A stretch of 64,000 bases of DNA. Source: Malacoraja senta. Lineage: Eukaryota. The stretch lies in the NCBI GenBank assembly GCA_038087875.1, contig CM075989.1, forward strand, positions 7,318,001 to 7,382,000. Direction: 5' to 3'. The notes under the pieces were generated by a model. That model had not been told where the DNA came from and ran no database searches. It worked only from the letters and a program-made list of their open reading frames with translations. Both the position numbers and the translations under genes were made by a program. Shown here piece by piece: positions 1-11,620 of this stretch; the first letter of the stretch is position 1, and every line of letters begins with the position of its first letter.

Positions 1-622
1 TGATTTATAAAAGATGGCATGACTTCCTTGTTTAGTATTCAAGGCAGTCATTTATAAAGTTATTTTTTTTAAATAAGCTCCAGCAACCTGGCCCATCAGT
101 TCAAAGATGATTATATGTGAATTGGCCGTTCTTTTTAAAATTTTATTTATTCACAGGATGTGAATGTTGGCCCAACCTGTCGGCATTTATTCCGAATTCC
201 TGAATGGCTCCCAAATATAATGGTCCTCGACACCAGTTAAAAGTCACCCTGCTGGTGGCCTTGCCGAGGCAGTGTGAAGTGTGGATGGAGTCAATGGACG
301 GGAGGTTGGGTATGGGCTGGGTAAAGATTCAGAACTCTGTGAAGAAGTCTAAAGAAGGGACTCGACCCAAAACATCACCTATTCCTTCTCTCCAGAGATG
401 GCGTCTGACCCACTGAGTTACACCAGCATTTTGTATCTATCTTCAAAGAAATTTCTCACTCCAGTCCAAAATTGTTGACCGCTTATTTTGAGAGCATCTC
501 TCCATCATGGCGAACACTTCACCAAGTTAGCTTTCTTTCATTCTTTTAAACTTTAAAGAATTATGACCGAAAAGACTCCCTAATGTGACCTCGATGATGA
601 CATTTGCTCCTGTGCCAACGTA
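1..622. repeat. Inverted segmental duplicate of 36426-37061
   Basis: Colinear reverse complement including unique, Rex1 and Penelope parts; near-identical spurious ORFs MAPKYNGPRHQLKVT at 204-416(+) and 36633-36851(-). Confidence 0.95.
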
Positions 623-2249
623 CAGTGCCTTCCATAATGTTTGGGACAAAGACCCATCATTTATTTGTTTGCCTCTGTACTTCACAATTTGAGATTTGTA
701 ATACAAAAAATCACATGTGGTTAGTGCACGTTGTCAGATTTTAATAAAGGACATTTTTATACATTTTGGTTTCACCATGTAGAAATTACAGCAGTGTTTA
801 TACATAGTGTCCCCAGTTCAGGGCACAGCAGTGTCATGTAAATTAAAGTAGTCATTTTTAGTATTTTGTTGCATATCCTTTGCATGCAATGACTGCTTGA
901 AGTCTGCGATTCATGGACATCACCAGTTGCTGGGTGGCTTCTCTAGTGATGCTCTGCCAGGCCTGTATTGCAGCCATCTTTAGCTAATGCTTGTTTTTGG
1001 GACTAATCCCCTTCAGTTTTCTCTTCAGCATATACAAGGCATACTCAATTAGGTTCAGATCGCGTGATTGACTTGGCCACTCAAGAATTAACCATTTTTT
1101 AGCTTTGAAAAATTCCTTGGTTGCTTTAGCAGTATGTTTGGGATCATTGTCTTGCTGAATGAAGCGCCGGCCAATGAGTTTTGAGGCATTTGTTTGAACT
1201 TGAGCAGATAGGATGTTTCTATACACTTCAGAATTCATTATGCTACTACCATCAGCAGTTGTATCATCATTGAAGATAAGTGAGCCAGTGCCTTCAGCAG
1301 CCATACATGCCCAGACCATAACACCCCCACCACCGTGTTTCACACATGAGGTAGTATGCTTTGGATCTTAGGCAGTTCCTTCTCACCTCCATATTTTGTT
1401 CTTGCCATCACTCCGATATAGGTTAATCTTCGTCTCATCTGTCCACAATACCTTTTTCCAGAACTGTGGTTGCTCCTTTAAATACTTCTTAGCAAACTAA
1501 CCTGGCCATCCTATTTTTGCGGCTAACTAATGATTTGCATCATGCAGTGTAGCCTCTGTATTTCTGTTCATGAAGTCTTCTGCGGACAGTGGTCATTGAC
1601 AATTCCACACCTGACTCCTGAAGAGTGTTTCTGATCTGTCGGACAGATGTTTGGGGTTTTTTCTTTATTATAGAGAGAATTCTTCTGTCATCAGCTGTGG
1701 AGGTCTTCCTTGGCCAGCCAGTCCCTTTGCGATTAGTAAGCTCACCAGTGCTCTCTTTCTTCTTAATGATGTTCCAAACAGTTGATTTTGGTAAGCCTAA
1801 GGTTTGGCTGATGTCTCTAACAGTTTTATTCTTGTTTCTCAGTCTCATAACGGCTTCTTTGACTTTCATTGGCACAACTTTGGTCCTCATGTTGATAAAC
1901 AGCAATAAAAGTTTCCAAAGGTGATGGAAAGACTGGAGGAAAGACTAGGTGCTGAGAGCTCTCTTATACCTTCATTAAGGAGGCAATTAAACGCACCTGA
2001 ACAATTACAAAGTCTGTGAAGCCATGTGTCCCAAACATTATGGTGCCCTGAAATGGGGGGTCTATGTATAAGCACATCTGTAATTTCTACATGATGATAC
2101 CAAAATGTATAAAAAATACCCTTTAATAAAATCTAACAATGTGCACTTTAACCACACGTGATTTGTTCTATTACAAAACTCAAATTGCGGAGTACAGAGG
2201 CAAATAAATAAATGATGGGTCTTTGTCCCAAACATTATGGAGGGCACTG
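623..2249 (-). mobile_element. Full-length Tc1-family (DD34E, IR/DR type) DNA transposon, decayed
   Basis: TA at 621-622 and 2250-2251; ~200 bp TIRs starting CAGTGCC(C/T)TCCATAATGTTTGGGACA; internal transposase on the minus strand. Confidence 0.96.
858..1890 (-). pseudogene. Tc1 transposase pseudogene
   Basis: MRTKVVPMKVKEAVMRL HTH start, G(W/R)PRK, WTDETK, VKHGGGGVMVW, QDNDPKH with 34 residues to the E of DLNLIE. Several stops and frameshifts. Confidence 0.95.
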
Positions 2250-4280
2250 TATAACTGCACGATATTCCCATTTTCTGAGGCTTTAGCTGGTGGGTTGCCA
2301 ATCCTTGGTTGACCTTGGCGTTGTGACCAAGTATAGGCAGTCGAAGCTTCACCGCAGACCAGAGAGCTGTGGTCCGAGTGCAGTGGGTTGGATGTTGGTG
2401 GAGGAAGCTGTGTTATTCTCCAATTTGGAGTTCTGGTTAACCTGTGCTACTCATTGGTTTGGCTGGGAATTGGGAACACAATTTCTATGCCGCCTCTAGG
2501 CGTTGGATGTTTGCTGTGCAAAGAAAAAGTATGCAAGGTTTTGGTTTACTCCTGGCTGGATTTCAGACTATCCAATCGTAGAATGGTTGATGTTTGGTGC
2601 AGTCTTGGTCAAAGGCAAGTTTCTACGCTGCATAGGTCTGACTCTAGGGGTCTGGGGGTGAGCTGAGGAAACTCAAATCATTAGGTTCAATGCCTCTTGT
2701 AATTAAATAGTAAAGCCATTTAGTGTCTTTTGTCTCCGGCACAGTGATTCAACAGGTAGTAGTTCTGCTTCACAACTCTAAGGACCTGAGGTTCAATCCT
2801 AACCTCCAGAGCCATCCGTGTGAAGTTCACACTTCCCGCGATCACCTGTGTTTCCTGACACATGCGAGAGAGACGCAGGGTAGAAGGTTGAATGCCCATC
2901 CTAAACTGCACAGTCTTTAGGTTTTAGTTTTTATTAGTTTTAGAGATGCAGCATGGAAACAGGCCCTTCAGACCACCGAGTCCGCTTGTTCTAACCTACG
3001 CACCAGGGCAATTTTTTACAGAAGTTAATTAACCTTTGGAAGTCTTTGGAATGTGGGAGGAAACCAGAGCACCCGGAGAAAACCCACGTGGGTTACATTT
3101 GAAGCAGAGAACCGAGACTGCAGGTGCTGGAGCAACACACTGCTGGAGTAATTCAGCGGCTCAGGCAGCGTCTGTGGATGCAATAAGATGATCAATGTTT
3201 CTGATGGCGACCTTCATATGGACTGAGAGTGTACGGGGGAGATGGCCAGTTTGAGAGTTGGGAGGGAGGGGTGAGGAAGGTGCTCAATTTATCCCTTCTA
3301 CATTTATGCAGGATTTCAACCCGAACCGTCAACCTTCCTTCTGCCTCCACTATGCAGTCTGACCCACGGAGTTAAATTTAACTCTGAGGCAGTTCCATTC
3401 ACCCATCTGGTTTATATTTTCGGAGAAACCCATGATCTCCAGTTGTGACATGTTGCTCCTTCAAAGCTTAAAATTCTTGTTGCTGATTGTAGGAGGTAAA
3501 GGTTATCCAACCAATACTCAGCTTGCCATTCAAAGACTTAAGAGCTTTATCTTATTTGAAAAGAAGTGTTGATTGTCAGCAGAAATATAAAAACCTGCAA
3601 GGATCTGCATTGTATTTGTTTTACTCATTCCTTTTTGCTAAATCCTATCTTTTCCTCCTTTTTGACTGTTGTAGTGAGTGTGGTTAAACAGAAGGCACTC
3701 GACTTTGAACTTGAATTTCGATCTAGTCTCAGCCAAGGCTGCCAATTTTAAAGTTATTCCTTTTTCATTAAATATAACCTAGTGGTTTAGCTGCACAATT
3801 TTTGGCTTTTGCCCTCGATCGTTAATTGGCCTGTCTTCAACCCTAATTGTGGGCTTTAAAGGGAGGAAGGCTTGCATCAGTATTACTTTTTTGGCTTCTG
3901 ATCCTTTCAAAGCAGCTTCTAAGCTAATCTTTTTGAAGTGCAGTCGCATGGAATGCAATTTTGAATTAAAAGCCAATTTTGATAGAGCAAGCCTCGTAGA
4001 ATGTTGCTCGTTAACGGGCAGATAATTTGTACTTGATGTTGATGACTGAGGGGAAAACTATCTACTATCCTGGTCTAAATCTCCTGCTGTGTATCACATT
4101 GTGAATGGCTCGATTGTAATCATGTAGTCTCTCCGCTGACTGGATGGAACGTAACAAAAGCTTTCCACTGTACCTCAGTACACGTGACAATAAACTAAAC
4201 TCAACTAAACGATGGAAGAAAAAGACGTAGTGTACAGATAGATACATGACAAGGGAATAACGTTTGGTGAAAGATAACGC

Positions 4281-4579
4281 CGGTGGCACAGCGGTAGATT
4301 TGCTGAATGACAGCGCTTGCAGTGCCAGAGACCCGGGTTCGATCCCGACTACAGGTGCTGTCTGTACGGAGTTTGTGCGTTCTCCCCGTGACAGCGTGGG
4401 TTTTCTCCGAGATCTTCGGTTTCCTCCCACACTCCAAAGACGTTGAGGTTTGTAGGTTGATTGGCTTGGTGTAAATTGTCTTTAGTGTGTGTAGGGTAGT
4501 GTTAATGTCAGGAGGGTTGTTGCTCGGTAGGGTGAAGGGCTTGTTTCAGTGCTGTATCTCTAAATTAAACTAAACTAAA
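4281..4579 (+). mobile_element. tRNA-derived HE1/V-SINE
   Basis: A-box ggtggcacagcggtag, B-box ggttcgatccc, V-domain gttctccccgtgac...cactccaaagac, LINE-shared tail gggcttgtttc...(taaac)n. Confidence 0.88.
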
Positions 4580-4709
4580 TGCCAGTAAAGTCCGATTAAA
4601 GATAGTATTTGAAGGGTCTATGAGGTCTCATTGTGAAAGACTGTATCACCATTGGTGCAACATTGCCTCAACTGGAGTGTCAGCTGAGAATTTGTTTTGA
4701 AAGTGGGAC

Positions 4710-5003
4710 TTTAGACTTTTGCGATACAGCGTGGAAACACGCCCTTCGGCCACTGAGTCCGTGCCGACAAGCGATCACCCCGTACATTAACACAATCCTA
4801 CATACTAGAGACAATTTTTACCGAATCCAATTGATGTACTGACCTGTATGTCTTTGGAGTGTGAGATCAAACTGGAGCACCCAGGGAAAACCCACACGGT
4901 CACGGGAAAAATGTACAAACTCCATGCAGACAATACCCTTAATCAGGATCGAACCCGGGTCTCTGGCGCTGTGAGGCAGCAACTCTTCCGCTGTGCCACC
5001 ATG
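4710..5003 (-). mobile_element. HE1/V-SINE
   Basis: Reverse-complement full-length copy, inverted relative to 4281-4579. Confidence 0.87.
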
Positions 5004-5890
5004 CCGGGGACTGGACCCCACACCTTCTGACCCAGAGCCAAGCATGGTAAATGTGAGTCGTAGCTCGTGCCATGAAGTGACCTGACATTGCAATCTTGAA
5101 CTGAGGTGATGCTGCATTTCAGATGAAAAACCATGTGGAGGCCCAGTCTGTTTACCTGGATGGACCCGAGATCACATGGAATTTCTGGTCCATCAAATGA
5201 CACTGTCGTTCTTTTGAAGTCCCTTCACAACCAAGATTAGACGAACTGCATCTTAATTCTCATTTTAATTAGGTTGTCTACTCGGAGCGTTGCATTGGAA
5301 ATTCATCGCAAACATTAGGGGTTGGTATCTTGGAAGAGGTCTTGTGGCCCGTGATTAACTGCTTCACAGGGAAAACTGTGACCAAATGAGCAAAACATGT
5401 CTTCCTTCCAATGTATCATTATAGTGAGCATTGGAATGTGAAGATGTTTTCCAGGGACAAGGAAACGCATGAGCTCAATTATATCTTGCCCAACTTATCC
5501 TTTGGGCATCATTCAAGATTTTTTAACCTCGCCTCCTTCCAGGATGTTGCAGTACTTTGTCTACGCTATCTTGGGTCCATGAACCTAGGTATTATTTCTC
5601 CTAGAGACAAAGAACTGCAGATGCTGGATTACAAAGAAGATACAAAGTGCTGAAGTACCTCAGCTGGTCAGGCCGCATCCCTGGAGAGCATGGATCGGTG
5701 ACGTTTAGGGACAGGATCCTTCTTCCGACTGATTGTGTAGAGAGGGGGGGAAGAAAGCTGGAAAAGGAGGGAGACAGGACAAAGCGTGGCAGGGAATAGG
5801 TCGACATAGGCGAGGGGCTTTTTAATGGACCAGAGATAAGAACAGGCGGATTTGCAGAAGGATGACAAACCAAAACGTTACAGATCCATG

Positions 5891-6131
5891 ATAGACACAA
5901 AAAGCTGGAGTAACTCAGCGGGACAGGCAGCATCTTTGGAGAGAAGGAACGGGTGACGTTTCGGGTGGAGACCCTTCTTCAGACTGAGAATCAGTGGAGG
6001 GGGAACTTTCGGGTCTCGACCCGAAACATCGCCCATTCCTACTCTCCAGAGATGCTGCCTGTCCTGCTGAGTTACTCCAGCATTTTGTGTCTATCGTCGG
6101 TTTCAAACCAGCATCTGCAGTTCCTTCCGAC
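5891..6131. mobile_element. Inverted doublet of the Penelope terminal repeat
   Basis: Flanked by acgtt(a/g)cagatccatg at 5875-5890 and 6132-6147. Confidence 0.85.
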
Positions 6132-7377
6132 ACGTTGCAGATCCATGTTTTCCAGTGGTACTGCCTGACCCGCTGAGTTACTCCAGCACTTGATTTTTCT
6201 CCTAAATGTCTCGGTCATGATAAAATAGTGATTGTGCTAGAATGATGCGATTATTCTGAGTTATTGGAATGTGCCACGACTAAAGTGTAAGACTTTTTAT
6301 CAGGAGTTGTTTCTCATGTCCCACGTGTATGACTGAAACTAAATGTGGGCCAAAGCATTTAGGAAACAACTGTCAGGCCTGTTTTTTTTTGTTTGTGACA
6401 AACCTCTGAGACAGAAGGATGATGAAGTGTAGCAATTCGTTTTGGCGAAGGGCACTGCATGTGAATCGCAAGTATTTTGTGCAAAAAGACATTCTTTGTG
6501 TTTTCAAAATTAAGCGCAGAACTGAAAGTCAAGAGCACAGCCACTTCCCTCATTAACCCTCCACTGTTTGCTTAACCTGTCATCCAAATGTATTTTGAAA
6601 TACTCAAATAGCATTTAATTACCATTCCTCTGCCTGCTAAATTATTCCTACCATTAATTGTTTTCAAATGATATTAAAAGATATTAGGCAACTGAACCAT
6701 CCTTCCGTAGTCCTGAACTACTATCTACCTCATTGGTGACCCGCGGACTATCTTTTATCGGACTTTACTGGTGTTATCTTGTACTAAACGTTATTCCTTT
6801 ATCATGTATCTGTGCACTGTGAATGGCTCAATTGTAATCATGTACTGTCTTTCGGCTGACTGGTTAGCACGCAACAAAAGCTTTTCACTGTACCACTATA
6901 CATGTGACAACAAACTAATCTGAACTGAAGTTGTGATTCTCTTTTGTTTCAATGTGATTTCTCTTTCTGGTCTTTGATTGTCATGTCGGAGGTTTAAAGC
7001 AAGCAGTCCGATTGGGAGATGGCATGAATCCTATGTTACAGTAGGACACCCCCAATATGAGTCACAAGGCTGTTTGCCTCGAATTCCATTAAGAACCATG
7101 CATTTGAGCCAGGGAAGGAAATCATGCAGTAGCTGATAATAAAATCCTGACACTGCCTCTTATATGAAGTTGAGGAAGCCATGTTTTGTTGACAGTGGCT
7201 GTTAACATTTTTATGAGCTGGGAGGAGGAGATTTGCAAATGATGAGGAGGGGAAAAGAAAGAGTCATACTTATATTTGACACTGCATAATACTCTCTTCT
7301 CTCCTGGCAACAACCTTGGGTTCTGATTTTGCAGGCACCAAGTGCCTCTTTAGTTACTTTCCCCAGTGATTGTCGGC

Positions 7378-7975
7378 AGGGCAGCACCGTGGCGCAGTGG
7401 TAGAGCTGCTGCCTCACAATGCCAGAGACCCAGAAGTGTAGGATGGAAATGCAGATGTTGGTTTAAGTCGAAGATAGACATAAAAAGCTGGAGTAACTCA
7501 GCGGGTCAGACAGCATGTATGGAGACAAGGAATAGGTGATGTTTTGGGTCGAGACCCTTTTTCAGGGACCCAGGTTTGATCCTGACCAGGGGTGCTGCCT
7601 GTGCTGAGTTTGCATGTTCTCCCTGTGACCCTGTGGCTTTCTCCGGGATTCCTCCCACATTCCAAAGACGTGCAAGTTTGTAGGTTAATTGGCTTCTGTA
7701 AATTGTCCCCCGTCTGTAAGATGCGAAAGTAGGATAACATAGGACTAGTGTATGAAGGAACTGCAGATGCTGGTGGATACCAAAGGTAGACACAAAGTGC
7801 TGGAGTAACTCAGCGGGTCAGGCAGCATCGCTGAAAAAAAGTCTGGGTGACGTTTTGGGTTGGAACCCTTCTTCAGGTGCTATTCTTCAGTCTTCAGAAC
7901 TAGTGTACGGGTGATCAGTGGCTGGTGTGGGCTGACAGGCCTGTTTCCATGCTGTATCCCTTAACTAAATCTAAG
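7378..7975 (+). mobile_element. HE1/V-SINE with two nested Penelope-derived insertions
   Basis: SINE head at 7380; inserts flanked by duplicated cag(a/g)gacccag and actagtgta. Confidence 0.82.
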
Positions 7976-8382
7976 TCGATTAGATTCAGCAGATTGTGAA
8001 GGCAAATCTAGAATGTTCCGGTAGACATTGTCAAGCCAAGCCTTTGATCTGTGGTGACTTGGTTTCCCCACACAATTTCCCCATCTTTTTCTCCTTGTCA
8101 AAACCTAACATTTGAGCTTTTAACTATTTTAATCATCCCACCACACCCTCTCCCCATAAACACAGGAAGATGTTTACTTGTAAAGGAGTCGTACAAATGC
8201 AGACCAGCCTGATTCTTTAAGGTAGACAAAAATGCTGGAGAAACTCAGCGGGTGAGGCAGCATCTATGGAGCGAAGGAAATAGGTGACGTCTCGGGTCGA
8301 GACCCTTCTTCAGACTGATTCTTTATGTCAGGATTTGCTCACAATTGTTACCGGTTTGGTTCAGGTTTATTATTGTCACATG

Positions 8383-8632
8383 TCTGACAATGTGCACTTT
8401 AACCACATGTGATTTTTTTTTAAATTACAAATCTCAAATTGTGGAGTACGGAGGCAAACAAATAAATGATGGGTTTAAGAAGGAACTGCAGATGCTGGAA
8501 AATTGAAGGTGGACAAAAGTGGTGGAGAAACTCAGCGGGTGCAGCAGCATCTATGCAGCGAAGGAAATTATTTCCTTCGCTCCATAGATGCTGCTGCACC
8601 CGCTAAATAAATGCATTATGGAGGGCACTGTA
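8383..8632. mobile_element. Partial Tc1 TIR interrupted by a Penelope-derived unit
   Basis: tctgacaatgtgcactttaaccacatgtg...aataaatgatgggt, then [ttaagaaggaactgcagatgctgg...], then cattatggagggcactgta. Confidence 0.85.
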
Positions 8633-8891
8633 AGCGCTATTTATATTTTAGTCGTTCAAGGAAAACACAATGTTTGTAAAAAGTATGGAGTCTGTTCCAC
8701 ATGTAGGAAAGTCGCGATGAAATTAATCGAGGAACATTGAAACTAGAAACAAGAATGTCATGCGGTCATAGATTATACCTTGTATTAAATTCCTAACCCA
8801 TGTGTGGTTTTATGGCTGAATATGTTACTGAGTAACTTTATGGCTTAAAAACTAACTTGCCATGTTTCCTCTTGTTACAGCAGCCTCTGTC

Positions 8892-8924
8892 ATGAGACTC
8901 TCACCAAATCAGGCACCATTGTAT
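8892..8924 (+). CDS. AKAP13: AKAP13 first coding exon (exon 8881-8924, 11 nt 5'UTR, then MRLSPNQAPLY)
   Basis: Acceptor tttcctcttgttacag ends at 8880; ATG at 8892; donor GTAAGT at 8925 (phase 0). The peptide matches the recalled human AKAP13 N-terminus MKLNPQQAPLY. Confidence 0.92.
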
Positions 8925-9189
8925 GTAAGTAGAAGCTACTCTTTTCTGAAAATAAAATATGAATTGTTTTTTGGAACAATTAATTCTTCCTTTACACGCT
9001 TAGCTCGCAGATGGAGTTCATGTGGATGTTCGATGATGTATTTCATCTCTGCTTTTTGCTGCACCATCAGGTCAAAGGATTGACAATATCTTTCCACTCA
9101 CTGTTAGCATCCCAAGTGAAATGAGACTTGGTATCTTTCAAACCTCAAGTGGGCACGAGCCCAAAGATTACTCTGACATCGAATTAGCG

Positions 9190-9465
9190 CTGGGCGGCAC
9201 AGTGGTAACGTTGCTGCCTTAAAGCACCAGATACCCGGTTTCGATCCTGACTACAGATGCTGTCTCTATGGAGTTTGTCTGTTCTCCCTGTGACTGCGTG
9301 GGTTTTCTCCGGGTGCTCCAGCCTCCTCCCACACTCCAAAGGCGTACAGGTTTGCAGGTTAATTGGCTTCAGTAAAAATTGTAAATTGGCCCTTGTGTGT
9401 AGCGTACTGATCGGCGTAGACCTGATGAGCTGAAGAGCCCATTTCCACGCTGTATCTCTAAAGTC
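9190..9465 (+). mobile_element. HE1/V-SINE
   Basis: A and B boxes, V-domain, ...gctgtatctctaaa tail. Confidence 0.86.
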
Positions 9466-10789
9466 TGAAGAAGCTAGCAGGTGGGGAAGGGTATCAGTAA
9501 CCTTGGTCATGGCCATAGTTGTAGAGCAAAGAAACAGACCCTGGGCCCAATGTGTCCATGCCAACGGTTTTGCCCATCTACACACTTGTCTGTATTAGGA
9601 CCATATCTTTCTCTTGCCGAGATAAGTGTTTGACCAAATGTCTCTTAAAGAAGTAATGGCATCTGATTCCACCACCTATGGCAACATTTTTCAGATATCA
9701 ACCACACTCTGTATATAACAGATCCTTCCTTTCACCTTATCCCCTTTTGTTTTTGGTGCTTTTATAATGGGGAGATTTGGGGGGGTTGGAGGGGGGGGGG
9801 AGATTTTCATAATCTCTTAATCTTATAGACTTCTGTCAGGTCATCCCTCATCCTCCTCCTTTGGTTCAAGGAAACTAATAAATGCATTCTATCCACCCTT
9901 CCTATAAATGAGGTTCTCTAATCCAGGAGGCTGAGCGATCTTCTTCTTTCGTGTGGCGTGCACAGCCTAAAGTTGTTGGACAACTTGTTCTATTTGATCT
10001 TCCGTTTGTGCACGTCGAGTTGATTGCATTAGTCGAAACATGAAGGTTGCAATCTTCCACCCCAGGCTGAAGGATGACCTGACAGAAGTCTATAAGATCC
10101 TGGTCACTCTCCGTGAATCTGTGGTGGAATCTCTTGAGTTTGGGGGAGGTGCTGCACTGACAAGAGAAGTGGGAAAAGATTTGCGTGCACAAGAGCTACA
10201 GCTGATCTGAGGGTTTTACGTTGATCCCACACACGAGCAAACCCTTATGAGCATAAAGACAAGTAACAACTGCTCTTATCCCTTCCATTAGCATAGTTTC
10301 TAAAGCAGAAACTTTACCAAAAGGCAACACGGTTTAAGTAAATGTTTCTTGTATCGGGTCAGGACCAGTGTGAAGAAAGATCCTGACCCAACACGTCATC
10401 TATCCATGCATCTTCAGATGCTGCCTGGCCTGTTCATGTTATTCCAGCACTTTGTCTTTTTCTGCATCAGTTAAGTTTGCTGTTTCTAAATTGTATTGGC
10501 AATGAACTATCCTCCGATATCTTATTTAGTTGTGTAGAAAGGAACTGCAGATGCTAGTTTACACTAAAGATAGACACAAAAGCTGTGGTAAATTACAGTA
10601 CTGTGGACTAATCTGTTCTTACTGAAGATAGACACAAAATGCTGGAGTAACTCAGCAGGACGGGCAGCATCGCTGGAGAGAAGGAATGGGTGACGTTTTG
10701 GGTCGAGACCCTTCTTCAGACCTTGTTTAGTTGGCTCTTTCACGGCTTGTTTTGGTTAGGTGTTGGTGGGTGAATGTCCAAAGGTTCTT

Positions 10790-11620
10790 CAAAGGTTCTT
10801 TATTTGTCACATACACCAATTGGTGTAGTGAAATGCAGATTGCCATTGCAGCACATTAAAAATAATACCACATAACAATAATAAAGACATTTAAACATAA
10901 AAACATCCCCCACAATGGTTCCCATTATGAGGGAAGGCACAAAGTCCAGTCCCCATCCCCATGTCCACCCATAGTTGGGCCTATTTAGGCCTCCACAGTC
11001 GCCTTTACGGGGGCCCAATGTTCCAAGCCCTTCTCGCCGGATGATGGTGCTCCGGCGTCGGGAGAATCCTCTCAGCGGCTTGGGATACCTGGAACGGCCG
11101 CTTCCTTACCCGAGACCCCGGCTTCCAAAGCCGACAGGCCACGCTGGATGGAGCTCCACCACTGGCGATCTCGGCGAGAGATCCCAGGCTCCCGATGTAA
11201 AGTTCAGCGCGCAGCTGGCCGCTCCACAGACCCGCAGCGATATTTCATCGGCGGTCCCAGCATACCGGATTCAGCGCGGCGACCCAGGCAAGGCATCGTC
11301 CGCTCCGCGATAGAGCTCCAGCGCTGTGCCGCCGCCGAAGCCGAGGTTCTGGCTGGTCCCCCTCAGGAAACGACGCTCCAGGCCCACTGGTAGGCCTCGA
11401 GGACGGGTCGAAGGTGCTGCTCGGAGGAAAGCCACCTCTCCGACCAGGTAGGGACCCTGAAAAGCAGTTTTGCCCTTCCCCCTCCCCCCCACCCCCCACA
11501 TAAAAAAGACTAAACCTCCAAAAACAAGACACTTTAACTCACTAATAATAAACAAATAAAAGGTGAAAAAAAGGACAGCTGCAGGCTGGGCAGCCATACC
11601 CATACAGGACGGCACCCCCT
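10790..11620 (-). mobile_element. GC/CpG-rich non-autonomous retroelement with an L2/Rex1-like tail
   Basis: Minus-strand 3' end atttcactacaccaattggtgtatgtgacaaataaa(gaaccttt)n; CpG-rich body sharply bounded within AT-rich intron. A similar architecture occurs at ~47890-48365. Confidence 0.6.

Noticed and set aside
204..416. Two-copy small protein MAPKYNGPRHQ... (also 36633-36851)
   Set aside because: By-product of the inverted duplication; built from Rex1 and Penelope fragments.
10975..11615. CpG island, alternative promoter or GC-rich ORFs
   Set aside because: Bounded by a retroelement-type 3' tail; better explained as a young repeat.
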